Below the pieces are notes generated by a model that saw only the letters and a list, made by a program, of their open reading frames with translations, made no database searches and was not told the origin of the DNA. 64,000 bases of DNA, taken from positions 6,264,564 to 6,328,563 of the forward strand of contig CAVNZM010000004.1 in assembly GCA_963693365.1 (NCBI GenBank), in the 5' to 3' direction. A program made the position numbers and the translations under genes. This stretch comes from Amoebidium appalachense (Eukaryota > Protista > Ichthyosporea). Of the stretch, positions 1 through 25,955 are shown in pieces. Numbering within the stretch: position 1 is the stretch's first letter; the number at the start of each line of letters is the position of its first letter.

Positions 1-570
1 GCTGGTTGGTTGGTGGTTGGTCTTTGGGGAAAGGGAAGGGAAAAGGAGGAGGGAGGGGGGGGGGGGGGGGGGAGGAAGGAATCCCACATACTCCATCTTT
101 TTCACAACAAGGCAAACTCCTTAATCCCAAGCCTTATTTATAATGTCTGAAGGATGGTAAGCCGGTGATGCCTGCACCAAACGTGGGGAAGGGGGTGTGG
201 GGTAGGGTTGTGCACGTGTTAGTGTTTCAGGTTCTCCACGCCTGTGGGCATGAGCACGTGCGTTTGGATGTGTATGCATGCGCTTCAGAGGTATGTTTTC
301 GTTTGTTTTTTCCCTTTCTTTGTTTCTTTTTGGGAGTGGCAGTGGGGAATGGGGAGGGAAGAAAGCCTAAGAGAGAGGAGAGCGAGCGAACGCTTAAGGG
401 ATGTGAGGGGGGATGGGAGAGGGGGAGGAGGGGGGGAGGGGGTAGATTATGGTGGAGGTGAAGGAATCAGGATTGTTGGGACGCCACAATATCCTCCTGC
501 AAGAACGAGCACCCAGGAAAGTTGGGCACAACCTCCATCACAAACACCGTGACGAAGCATGCAAACAGCC

Positions 571-654
571 CTTACCTGGAGGCACTACTTACCTGGAGGC
601 ACTAGGTCCACAAGACCCGGTGGTCCTGTTCTTGAAAGCAGAGACTGAGGCCAT
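571..654 (-). CDS. Possible first coding exon of a minus-strand gene running off the left edge (MASVSAFKNRTTGSCGPSAS-)
   Basis: ATG at 654-652 with an open frame to a CAG|GTAAGT donor at ~592; CCAAT-rich promoter-like DNA at ~880-950. Downstream exons could not be joined convincingly. Confidence 0.25.
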
Positions 655-1244
655 GGGCGAGAGGCGAGCACAACAAAGATGGAGAAAAAAAATAAAAAAA
701 TAAATAAAAACCACAGTACGTTCGGCGTTTGCATTTCGCGCCCATTTCGTGCCGGTTACGCTATTTTTAAAAACTTGGCGAGTGATATTTTCGCCTTTTT
801 TGTGTTACACTAACCCCAAAAAGGAAGTCCAACCCGCAGCCACTATCCGCCTCCGCGCGCCACCGGAGTCGGAAGGACGGACAATGATTGGTTGGAACCA
901 AATTTAAACCAATCAAATCGAATAGCCGCTGAATCAGACCAACTCCATATTAAAACGTTACTCTTAAGATACATTGGGTTTTCACTTCTTATCTTTCAGA
1001 TTGCATCATTATTGGCAAACTTGGACACAAGATAACGCTATATTCATTGGGGTTTACGCTGTTTACTCGAGGCAAAGAGAACCAGTCTCAGGTATGGGGG
1101 GGGGGGTTTTTGCTCGGAATATCCCCTCAGCGGTATATCATGATCACGTACATAGATGTCGGGTGGTGACTATATATCAGGGTTTACTTTCTCTACGAGA
1201 CACCATAAAGACTACAAGGAGAAATCAATTAGTTGGGGTTCCCC

Positions 1245-1284
<40 letters not shown>

Positions 1285-1316
1285 GGGCTCCCCTCGGGAC
1301 ACTCGGTATCAGCTGG

Positions 1317-1369
<53 letters not shown>

Positions 1370-1390
1370 GTGTGTGTGTGTGCGCGTGCG

Positions 1391-2040
1391 CTATAATTTT
1401 GTAGTGATGTGTTTCTCAAGCCAATCAATACATCTAATAAACAGGTCGTAGTTACGCGTGTTTAGTATAAAATCAAGGATGTTGTAATTTACAGGTAGGC
1501 TATCTTTCTGGGTGTCTGTTGTGAATGTGACGTGTGTGTGTTGCGGTATTATGTGGTCTATCAAACTACATTTGGCGATACATGACCGGTTAAACTGGTG
1601 TGTGTGTGTGTTGTTTGGGCATGCAAATGATGCCACCTTATACTTATTAGATCTCCACTGTATAGCACGTGTACAGTAAAAGCGTGGTAATTGATCAATA
1701 ATACCATCAGCTAGAGAGAGACCAGTTCTACAGGAAAGTAATATGTATTTAGGTGTTATACACTTGCGAGTGCCATATTTGGCAATATGGTTGAGGCGGT
1801 CAGTATATATAAAACGAGACATAAGGCTTAGTTTTTCAAGGTGTATGCTTTCATCGGGTCTAGTGTCGTGTGGTATCTTTTTCCATTTGTTATATTGCGT
1901 GATTATCTTGTGATTGTGTACATGTTTAATAAGTAAGTGGCAGTCCAAAGTCACACACACACTATTGCGGGGTTTATTTGTATTTGTGCCCAGGGGAGAA
2001 GGGGGAGAGAGAGGGGAGGAAAGAGGGGAGAGGTGAGGAG
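1391..2040 (-). pseudogene. C-terminal part of LINE ORF2 in a shifted frame, with a Cys/His cluster
   Basis: The frame of the 189-aa ORF stays open back into the low-complexity tract at ~2000-2040 where the RT frame degenerates; contains FACPNNTHTHQFNRSCIAKC; ends just before the 3' UTR and poly(A). Confidence 0.6.
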
Positions 2041-3590
2041 GGGACAGGTCGGATAGAGAAGAGAGGGTGGGAGGGCAAATACTTCTTTAAGCGGCTTATG
2101 TGCTTATTGAATTTCAGCGCGAGATAGGATACTCTAGCAGCTATTGGGACCAGACCATATATCGAGAGCGTTACAGGCCCAGGTTTACAACAGTTGTTAG
2201 ATAGAAAGGAGGCAACTTCTGCTTCAAGGAAATTTGCCAAGGGTTTAAGCGCTCTAGTTCTCTCTTTCTTGATCCAAGCGGCGAGAAGGGGTAAACCATA
2301 TTCACATGCCGGGAAGACAAAAGTGCGAATAAATGTAAGTCTAATAGAAGGATGGAGGGGTGTGTCTTTAAAAATATTAGCCGAGAAGAAAGCTAACCGC
2401 TTACGAGCCAACTCTACCCTCTTTTCGACCATATGGGGAAACATAACACCAACAGAATCAACCGGAACACCAAGATATTTGTATTCTGGAACTATAGGTA
2501 CAGGTTTAGATGATAATGTAAATGTGTGTAAATTGTTAGCTATATCAGGTACAAGAACACCACATTTGTCTATGTTAAGGATCATAAGGTTTGCCTTGCA
2601 CCACTCTGACACTACATCGAACAATCTTTGCAGGCGTCTAGGGGTACGGGCAAGGAGGGACAGATCATCAGCATAGAGAAGTGCAGGCGGAAAGTTATTA
2701 ATAGGGTCATCGTTTTCGGCGTAAATCTTGACAGCCAAATCATCTATAAATAGGTTAAACAAAAAGGGGCTAAGCAATGAACCCTGCAAGAGACCTCTAG
2801 TACGAGCAAAACCATATGAAAGATGCCCATTAACCACAGCTCTACCATAGGTTTGAGACAAGAGTGCTTCTAACAGAACACCAATGCAGTGTGGTACACC
2901 CCGTGCAGCAAGCTTTTCCCATAGGAGACCAGGGGAGACAGAATCGTAAGCAGTTTTCCAATCAATAAAGCCAACATATTGTGCACCAACTTGCATAGAA
3001 TCGTGCAGTGCCATTATTTGAACATAACATGAATTGTTTTTACGAAAAGCGGATTGGCATGGGTGTATGTGAAGAATAGATTGAAACCTAGGGTGATGTG
3101 CAAATAACCTAAGTAAGCAAGCTTCAAAGAATCTACGAACAACCTGGGTTAGTGTAATGGGGCGAAAGGATGATATGGGGCCCTCAGAGTCCTTCTTAAC
3201 TATGGGGATCACTAAGGTATCTAACCAAGATGACGGGACATGTCCACATTTAACACACCAAGAAAAGAGAGAGCTTAACATGATAGTAAGATCAGGTTTA
3301 ATAGCACGATCACTTTCCTTTTGTGGGTAGGAGGGAACAAGGATTTTAAGAAACCCAGCAGGGAGTCCATCAGGTCCACAAGACTTACTAGAGCTATAAC
3401 TAGATATCACAGACCATATGGCATCGGGACTGAAAAAGGGGAGGATCGATTCTATGGGGATAGATGGGTCTACAGGCCACACAATAGGTTTCTGAGCGGG
3501 GGTCCTATCTTTAAACAGTTCCGAGAAATACTTATCAGAGTCTATGAGGGGGTCTCCAGTGGTATCACCAATAATACGAGCAGGTGGGTG
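1974..3590 (-). pseudogene. LINE ORF2 reverse transcriptase domain (truncated, frameshifted near 2000-2040)
   Basis: 502-aa ORF with canonical non-LTR RT motifs, including YADD; no ATG start; open upstream to 3590 (..DSDKYFSELF..). Confidence 0.85.
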
Positions 3591-4078
3591 TCATTGTGTA
3601 CACCCAAAAGTTGAAGTGTGGTAACCTTTTATTGGCCTTCTATTGACAAAAGGTACGAGGTTGAACCTGTGCTGTTCGGAACGGAAGCGCTACGTAGCAC
3701 AGGTTTTTGCAAATCAGCGCGATTCATATACGTGATAAAAATGAACTGCGTGTTTATCATCCAAGCAATAGTTTTTATTTCAATATATTTAAAATGTGTA
3801 GTTACGTCTGGTTGGAGAAAGTAACCTTTTAGTTTTTGTTCTGATTCGTAGTTTGCCTTTCAAGTGGCTCAGCTCTCGGACCAGCCGACTGGCTGGCTGA
3901 TCATGACTGGTCGGGTCAACTTGAAAGTTGAGGCCGGGCCCAGCCGTGGCCAGCTGACGTGGCCGCTACATTAGCTGCATCAACAGCCTCAGCTGCAGCA
4001 GGTGTGCATGCATGAAACATATGTCAGTCTGTATGGAGCGGAAGGATCGTAGACCGAAATCCCAAGAAAACTTCCAAC

Positions 4079-5506
4079 ATGGGCCTTATAGCGCATGGAC
4101 GTTGGCTTCAGGCACTGTGCCTCTGCCTTTTTTTTCCTGTAATTCTTGCAAGCAGCACACCCATTTCCGACACAGCCATCTCCATCAACAAGGCTCATGT
4201 TGCAGCACGCAGGGCACAGAAGGGCCCAGCCTGCCCAGCTGACTCTGAGGTTGCACGTGTAGAGTCCACGGGCCCCCGCGACCTTACGTGTGCCACGCGT
4301 GTGAGCATAAATCACGAGGGGGTAGTGGTGAATGGCCATGGGAACCAGATGTGCCGCTGTATGGCCACCTACAAGTGTGAGGGCTGCCCTGCCTGCACAC
4401 TCAACGGAAGAGATATTTTCTCACCAGGACCAGGAGTTGCCTCGTGCAAAAAGGTGAGTGGTGAGAGCAGCATTCATGAGTATGCAGTATCTGCTAAGAG
4501 CAAGTATATATCCACATGCTCATTTCTGTGCATGGAACGAACACACCCACCTACCCACCCAGTGACTTTGGCGACCGCTCTTTTTTGGCAACTCCGAGGC
4601 TCCTCGAGAAAAAGCTCCGGAAGTTCTGCAAAGACACCATGGACTTAGAGTGAAGCGACGAGTGCCTCCCCCCCTCCCCCCTCCCCCCCCCCCCCCCCCC
4701 CAACTCCCCCACTTCGCTACCATCAAAAAGCACCACACACCACCAGTACCGGAACCAGCGCCAGCACTCAGCACCACCCCACCACTTTCCGTTTACCCCG
4801 GACCCACCCCCAATGGCACAAACACACACCCCCTCGAACCCCGGGGCCCTGTCCTAGGAAGCCGCTCATCTCAGTTGTTTGTTTGTTTGCACAAGTTTTT
4901 TGACTCAAGCAGCCTTCGAAGCTTCTAATCTCTGTCCAAACCCCCCCCCCCTCCCCCCCCCCCTCCCCCTTCACAAACACACACATTTTGCAGGACACAC
5001 CTGACCCTAGCCCAGCCCCGACTCCTGACCCCCACTCCGGCCGGGGAAGCAACACTGCGGGTGTGATAGCTGGCAGTTTGGGCTCCGTTGCTCTGCTTGG
5101 CATGGCTGGAGGTGGCTATGCATTTTATCGCCGCCACAAAGCTGCAAGAACTTCCGCAAACGGAGAAAACGATCCTCTTTTCCTTCGGAACGCTTTGGGT
5201 AGTTCGCATGATACTTGGGCGCACCATGGATCCTCTGCTGTCAACAACTTGAAACCGAGCAACTCTAGTAATGGCACAAGAGACACACACTTTTCCGGAC
5301 CTTTTGGTGTGGAAAGGGGAACGCTTGGCCAACCGCGAGCTGATTCAATTATACACACCGGGAGGCTTTATCCCAGTTTTTCTGATGCTGCGACCAACAG
5401 CACGATAGACTATGACGCTATGTCTGATATTCCTAGCAGCGCTGGTGTGAGCACTACTACGTATGAGACAGCGGTTACGTCACAGCCTGCGAATGTGACA
5501 CGTTGA
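4079..5506 (+). CDS. Predicted single-pass type I membrane protein (~295 aa); exons 4079-4453 and 4994-5506
   Basis: Signal peptide (MGLIAHGRWLQALCLCLFFPVILAS), Cys-rich ectodomain, AAG|GTGAGT donor and TTTTGCAG| acceptor both in phase 0, Pro-rich stalk, TM helix (AGVIAGSLGSVALLGMAGGGYAFY) followed by RRHK, Ser/Thr-rich tail, TGA stop. Confidence 0.75.
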
Positions 5507-6297
5507 GGTTTGTGGTTGTTTCGGAAATGCATGGAGAGGAGTCGATCAGGCTCTTGACAGGTTCGTTCGTGTCCTGTTGTAGGGATCAGATAAAAACTGA
5601 GACTCCAATCTGCATGTTGTATCTTCTTTATGTTTTAATTGAGCAAGGAAAGGTATTGAGATGACTGGGTGAAGGCTGGGGGTGGGGGGGGGGGGGGGGG
5701 GGGGGGGGAGACGGGGCAGGCTGTATTTACACTTCAAGATAACCCAACTCACAACCAGCACATAGTGAGTGTGGGCGGTTTATTTTGGAACATACCGGGG
5801 ACAAGTACATAAGGCTCGAAGATGACGCCTAAAGCAGCCCTATACATGTCAGAGATTCCTGACCCTGTGGCTATTTGCCAAGTGCCCCCCCCCCCCCCCC
5901 CCCCCCCCCCCAAAAAAAAGATCGTTGATACCCGTCTGTAAAATCAGACACATTAGTGTGCATGCAGCACACACACACACACACGCACACGCACACGCAC
6001 GCACACACACAAACACCTACTCTCTCTCTCCCTCCCTCCCTCCCTTTCTCTCTCCCATCCCCTTACCTCTGCCAGTCTCTGCTCCTCCCGTCTTTCCTCC
6101 TCTCTGCGGAGCGCTGATCCACTACATATTACAACCACCCACCCGAACATGTTCTGGCGCAGTGCACTTTTTGTGCTAAGATTTATTGTCTCTGCAGTTC
6201 ATCACAAGAAAGCGTAGAAGGGGCCTGATCATGCAACCACAACACGTCGTGTTTTAATTTCGTGTGTTCTTTCCGTGTTCACTTCGACGCCAGTTAT

Positions 6298-6368
6298 GGC
6301 CTCGCATCAAACCACACCACCAGCCTAACGCTCTTTTTGTTGTGGTCGTCATAAGAAAAAACACAGGC
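6298..6368 (-). promoter_or_regulatory. SECIS element (type II) in the 3' UTR of the minus-strand DUF3253-like gene
   Basis: Minus strand: GCCTGTG..CTT-ATGAC-GACCACAACA-AAAAG-AGC-GTTAG-GCT-GG-TGGTGTGGTT-TGAT-GCGAGGC. AUGA/GA core at 6352-6349 and 6308-6307; helix II GACCACA:TGTGGTT; unpaired A-run; apical mini-stem; AATAAA further downstream at 6187-6182. Confidence 0.75.
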
Positions 6369-6539
6369 AGAGCGACTCGAAATTAATATGGGAGCAGCAG
6401 ATGTAACATGTACTCAATCAATCGAAAAAGAAAGAAGCAGGGGGTAGACAGGCACTCTAAAGGGAGACTGTTATAAACCAATATACCAGCAGCAAAAAAT
6501 AGCTTTCAGGGGTTACAACACTCGGACAGAAGACTTCGC

Positions 6540-7001
6540 CTAGCCATCTGTCTTCCTTCTCTTCTTGTAAGTGGAAGCTGCACTGCTGCTTTCTCGACCC
6601 TTATTCACACTACGCCATTTAGCCTTTTGGAGTGTTTCCTTGTTGAATAGTCCTTCAGCCCTTTCATCTCTCAAGCTATCATCCAATGTTTTTTTCGTAC
6701 TTGCCACCCGAATGGGACCCCGGACACCACGGGTTACACGGACACCCTTCTGTGTAACTACCACCTCGTTCTTCTCTTCAAGTTCCCATACAATCTCACG
6801 TGTATGCTCCATATACCCACGCCACCACTCTCCAGAAACAGCATTCTTATCTACATCTTTCACTTTTCCAGATGTGATGTTTTTCTGGACGGTGCGTGGT
6901 ATCAAGCTTGGTCATACAGTAGATGGATGGACCCTCTGGGTTGTCTCGAGCAGCTGTTGGCGTAGAAGTTGATCTACCAGAGAAGGAGAGAGATCAGACA
7001 T
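6540..7001 (-). CDS. DUF3253-family (winged-helix-like) protein, putative selenoprotein, 153 aa, Sec at codon 30
   Basis: ATG at 7001; MSDLSPSLVDQLLRQQLLETTQRVHPSTV-U(TGA 6914-6912)-PSLIPR...WWRGYMEHTREIVWELEEKNEVVVTQKGVRVTRGVRGPIRV matches the DUF3253 pattern (TICPS...WR..M...R.....L...G.I.I.QKG......RGPIR); basic C-terminal tail KKRRK; SECIS-like hairpin downstream. Confidence 0.85.
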
Positions 7002-7411
7002 CTTGTTATGCAAATCACTATACACAATTTACGTAGAAGAGCCTAACATGCTCCATACAGTTTTAGACTGTAGTCTTCAAATCAGCAACAACACATTTCG
7101 TCTTCCCAATCGTTCCTTCCGAAAGTGTGCATGTGCTTTTCATCCTGAAACAGTCATGACCTTGTTTTGCGGCGAAACGCCAAATCCAAAGCAAACGATG
7201 ATTGTTTACGCACGATTTTTCAGGCTGTGATTGCACAGGAACGTATCATAAGCCTTTATATGGCTAATATCAGCAAGAGGCGTCGCTGCTTTTCGGCGAC
7301 GGAAGCTCTCGGAACCGGAGATACCATTGCAGCAGATAGCGCAGTTTCAAAGTTGGTGCAGCGAACTTGAAAAGACAGCAGCAAGAACAATCATAGTACT
7401 CACATCTTACC
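7002..7411. promoter_or_regulatory. Short intergenic region, probable bidirectional promoter and 5' UTRs
   Basis: 410 bp between two divergent ATGs; free of the microsatellites seen elsewhere in the window. Confidence 0.55.
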
Positions 7412-7933
7412 ATGGCTGGTCTGGAAAATGGAAAACTTGACGAGCTCCTGCGCGAGCAGGTGCTTGAGTCCACCGCCAGAGTTTTTCCCTCCTCCCTTTG
7501 ATACAACACCGTTACGGCCCACCTGAAGAAAAAGATAGCTTCTGGCATGGTCAAGGGGGTCGAGCCGTCCGTTGTTACCGGGGGGTGGAAAGGTGCCATT
7601 GGGCGGACTAAAGAAGCAATTTGGCAGCTTGTGGAGGAGGGAAAAGTGATTGCTCTTCAAAACGGGAAAAGCGTGAAGAGAGGTACTCCCGGGCGCATCA
7701 TGGTGAAGGGCACTGGTGGGGCGACGGCTAACGGGGAGGAAGCTAAAGGGAAAGCTAGCAGCAAAAAGGTTAACACCGACAAGGCTGATGATGGAGCCAA
7801 AGGAAAAGCCTCCAGCAAGAAATCTGAGAGCGAAGAGACTAATAAGGAGACAAGTAAGGGTAGCAAGAGAAAGGCTGCCTCTGTAGAGAAAGAAGCTGCC
7901 GCTACGAGGAGTAAGCGAACAAGGAGGCAGTAG
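7412..7933 (+). CDS. Divergent DUF3253-like paralogue, putative selenoprotein, 173 aa, Sec at codon 30
   Basis: ATG at 7412; MAGLENGKLDELLREQVLESTARVFPSSL-U(TGA 7499-7501)-YNTVTAHLKKKIASGMVKG...WKGAIGRTKEAIWQLVEEGKVIALQNGKSVKRGTPGRIMV aligns almost ungapped with the minus-strand gene; Lys/Ala/Ser-rich tail; SECIS downstream. Confidence 0.85.
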
Positions 7934-7969
7934 GGGGTATGTGGGTAGCAGGGGTTGGCAGAAAGAAGA

Positions 7970-8050
7970 GGGCTGGTCGAAGAATCGAATGAGAACTGCA
8001 ACTCAAACCTGTGCTATAGGGGGTGGCGGTTTGATGCTGAGGGCTAGTCC
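7970..8050 (+). promoter_or_regulatory. SECIS element (type II) in the 3' UTR of the plus-strand DUF3253-like gene
   Basis: GGGCTGGTC..GA-ATGAG-AACTGCAACTC-AAA-CCTGT-GCT-ATAGG-GGGTGGCGGTT-TGAT-GCTGA-GGGCTAGTCC. AUGA at 7989-7992; 11-bp helix II with one mismatch; AAA at 8005-8007; 5-bp apical stem; GA at 8033-8034; 9-bp helix I; AATAAA at 8122-8127. Confidence 0.85.
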
Positions 8051-8286
8051 TTGGGATGCTGAGGCTATGCAACTGTTCTTTTTATAGACACCAACTCTGC
8101 ACGTACTCTCTGTATGCTCTCAATAAACATGTGTGATGGTGTCAGCTTTCAATGAGACAAAGACAATTTTTTTGGTCAGCCGGTGCCTCTCTGGGTATAT
8201 GCGCTCCTTGCGTGCGTGGGATGGGTTGCTTTTTCGCGCGCTTGATAGAGGGCGAATAGAGAGAGAGCGAGAGAGAGAGAGAGAGA

Positions 8287-8319
<33 letters not shown>

Positions 8320-9579
8320 CGTGTGTGTTGTGTGTGTGCGCAGAGAGAGAGAGAGACAGAGCGAGAGAGGGGGGAAGGGGAGGGAAGGGAGAGAGAGAGC
8401 GAGCGAGGGGGGAAAGGGGCAGAGGGAGGGGAAGAGAGAGTGCACGGCTGTATAGTCCTGTTTTCTAACGGCAGACCGGAAAGACGGGTGTTATGTGGGT
8501 GAGTGTGCGTGCGTGCGTGTGTTTGTGTTTGTGTTTGTGTTTGTGAGTGTGTGTGTGTGTGTGTGTGTGTGGGACTGTGGGTGCCGGTCGGTGTGCATGC
8601 GCTCGTGCATGTGTGTGTGTGTGCATGCACGCGTGTGTTTTTGTGTATTTTTTGATAGTTAGACGTGCGTAGTCGGCTCTTTTGTCTCTCCTTGTGTGTG
8701 TTTGTGTGTGCACACGTGACAGTGTGTGGGTGTGTGATTTTGTTTATGTGTGCATTAAGGGGGGAAAGGGGGGGGGGAGGGTGGGGGGGGTGGGGGGGGG
8801 GGGGGTTCACAAGTGGCTGTGGCAATTACGTGGTTGTGGTGCAGTACTTGGTCATTCCTATGCACAATCCCTCCTTCCACTCCCCCTTACAGGCCTGCTT
8901 TTGCGGAATACCCTCTCCCTCTCCCTCCCCCTCCCGCCCCCTTCCCCCCGGTGGGCGGCGGCCGACGGGCCCGGGCGAAGTCATTTTTCAGTGGCATTCG
9001 CGTACGGCTTTTGATTGGTCGATGCCGTAAATGGCGCGTCGGTTGCACAAATCCTCATCAGACGCAGATTATAAAGTCAACACTGGGCTAACAGTATCAC
9101 TGTAAAGGCTCTGAGAACATGGGCACTTGTGTACCTGGGGTTGTATTGCTTGCAGCTGGTGTTCTCTAAGAGCAAAGAAGCAAAGAGAGCCTCTTACTTC
9201 ATCTGTAGAAATTAAAAGTTTCCTGCCAACTAGCCTGTGATATTTTGGTTTGCGCAGCCGCACACTTGTCACTGCTAGCCTAGCTCGGAAACGAACACAA
9301 ACAACACGTCCACATTTAGAGGCCAGTGGGTGGGACATGCACAAGTTTCATGAGAGTGCTCCGCCCTGCAAGCACACGTGCATCTTGGTGCACAAGGATG
9401 TTCAGTTTGCTCTGTTCCTGCGCTGTATAAGTGGTTGAAAGCAACGCTTACATGGGTGAACTTGTTGACATGAATCTTGAGCGAGCTTGTTCACGTGAAA
9501 TTCTAGGTCTTTGCAGTAGGCTGTCCTGAAATTGTTTTAAGCCTGCATCAAGCCAAATGCCAACCACTTTTACCTAAAC

Positions 9580-24633
<15,054 letters not shown>

Positions 24634-24763
24634 CAGGCCAGGGTTTATGACCATATATGGTTATTTGGCATGATGCCTCCACCCAGTGCACCTGAGTTTG
24701 TGCAAGTACCGTTGAAGTGCAAGCGCACAAACGAGCAACCACACATTCACTCGCTCGCATCTG

Positions 24764-24830
<67 letters not shown>

Positions 24831-25265
24831 ACACTACTCTTGCAGGCACCCACACATTTGCATGTGTTGTTTGACTCTGTCGTCGGCATGAAAGTTCTGT
24901 TCCACGTTTCCGCATGAATTGTGTTTGTTCCAAAAACGTACCATCCATCCGTCAGTTTCTGTGAAAATTTGGCCGTGATATCGCTGTATCTGGCCCCAAT
25001 TCCCTTTTTTGGATATATTTTGGATGTACGAATAGATAAGTAGCATGTAAGAACACGTGTGCACTTTTTTCCCCCCTTCCTCCCCTCCCCCTTTCTCTTT
25101 CACTCTCCTCCTCCCCCCCCCCCCCCCTCTTTTCCCTCTTCCCAGCTCCCCTTCCTCTCTCTCTTGTCTCTTCATTCTCTCTCTCTCTCTCGCACACACA
25201 CACTCTCTCTCTCCGCCCCTCCCCCTCTCCGCCCCCCCCCCTCTCTGCTCACACACACACACACA

Positions 25266-25308
<43 letters not shown>

Positions 25309-25309
25309 C

Positions 25310-25344
<35 letters not shown>

Positions 25345-25916
25345 TTGCTCTCTCTCTCATGATCCCCCTCCCCCTCGCACACACACACGCACACACACTG
25401 TGACACACAATGCTCTGTCTCTCTCTTTCTCTCTCTCTGCCTTTCTCCCTCCCCTCTCTCTACCCCTCCCTCTCGATTTCACAGCCTCCGATTCCTCTCC
25501 TTACTCCTTGTCTCCCCCCCCCCCCCCCCCCCCCCCCCAGCCCTCCCAACACGGCAAAAAAATAAAAGAAACTTCCCCTGCGCCAATCCCTGATATGCTA
25601 CCCACTTGCCTCGAAGTTCACACGGATGTGGCCAAAAGCTGTACAATGTAGAACTCTTATCAGTGCGCATGTTCGGGAGTTTGTTCTGCACCCATAATAA
25701 TGATATCATGATGTCAGTATAATATCAATACACAACAAAGCAAGCTGTACCCTTTACAGCTCTCCTCGTGTGTGACCAGTCATTCATCAATCACGAACCA
25801 ACAATAATCATTAGGCCGCAATCTAGCCCAGGCACACCCGCTCTTCCAGATAATACACACGTTGATGATTATTATTCAGCAGTATAATGACTTTTTTTTT
25901 GTTTTGGTGGGTGGGT

Positions 25917-25955
<39 letters not shown>

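Larger units (their letters stand above)
1246..3590 (-). mobile_element. 5'-truncated non-LTR (LINE-type) retrotransposon
   Basis: RT ORF with KSCGPDG, FRPITL, QSAFR, FIDWKTAYDSV, GLLQGSLLSPFLF, LYADD and YKYLG motifs; C-terminal ORF 1391-1960; 3' UTR with (CA)n; T-tract at 1246-1280 reads as a poly(A) tail on the minus strand. The frame is open upstream to ~3590 with no endonuclease or ORF1. No TSD found. Confidence 0.85.

Noticed and set aside
3858-3932. Imperfect inverted repeat (TTTCAAGT...ACTTGAAA) upstream of the membrane-protein gene
   Set aside because: Short, imperfect and without a TSD; insufficient to call a MITE or ncRNA.
6540-7933. TGA as a genome-wide reassigned codon (Trp/Cys), or the two genes as simple pseudogenes
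   Set aside because: TGA appears to be a normal stop elsewhere (5504-5506), and Trp/Cys-rich TSP1 exons use only TGG/TGY. Both genes are otherwise intact, share the TGA position and have SECIS-like hairpins.
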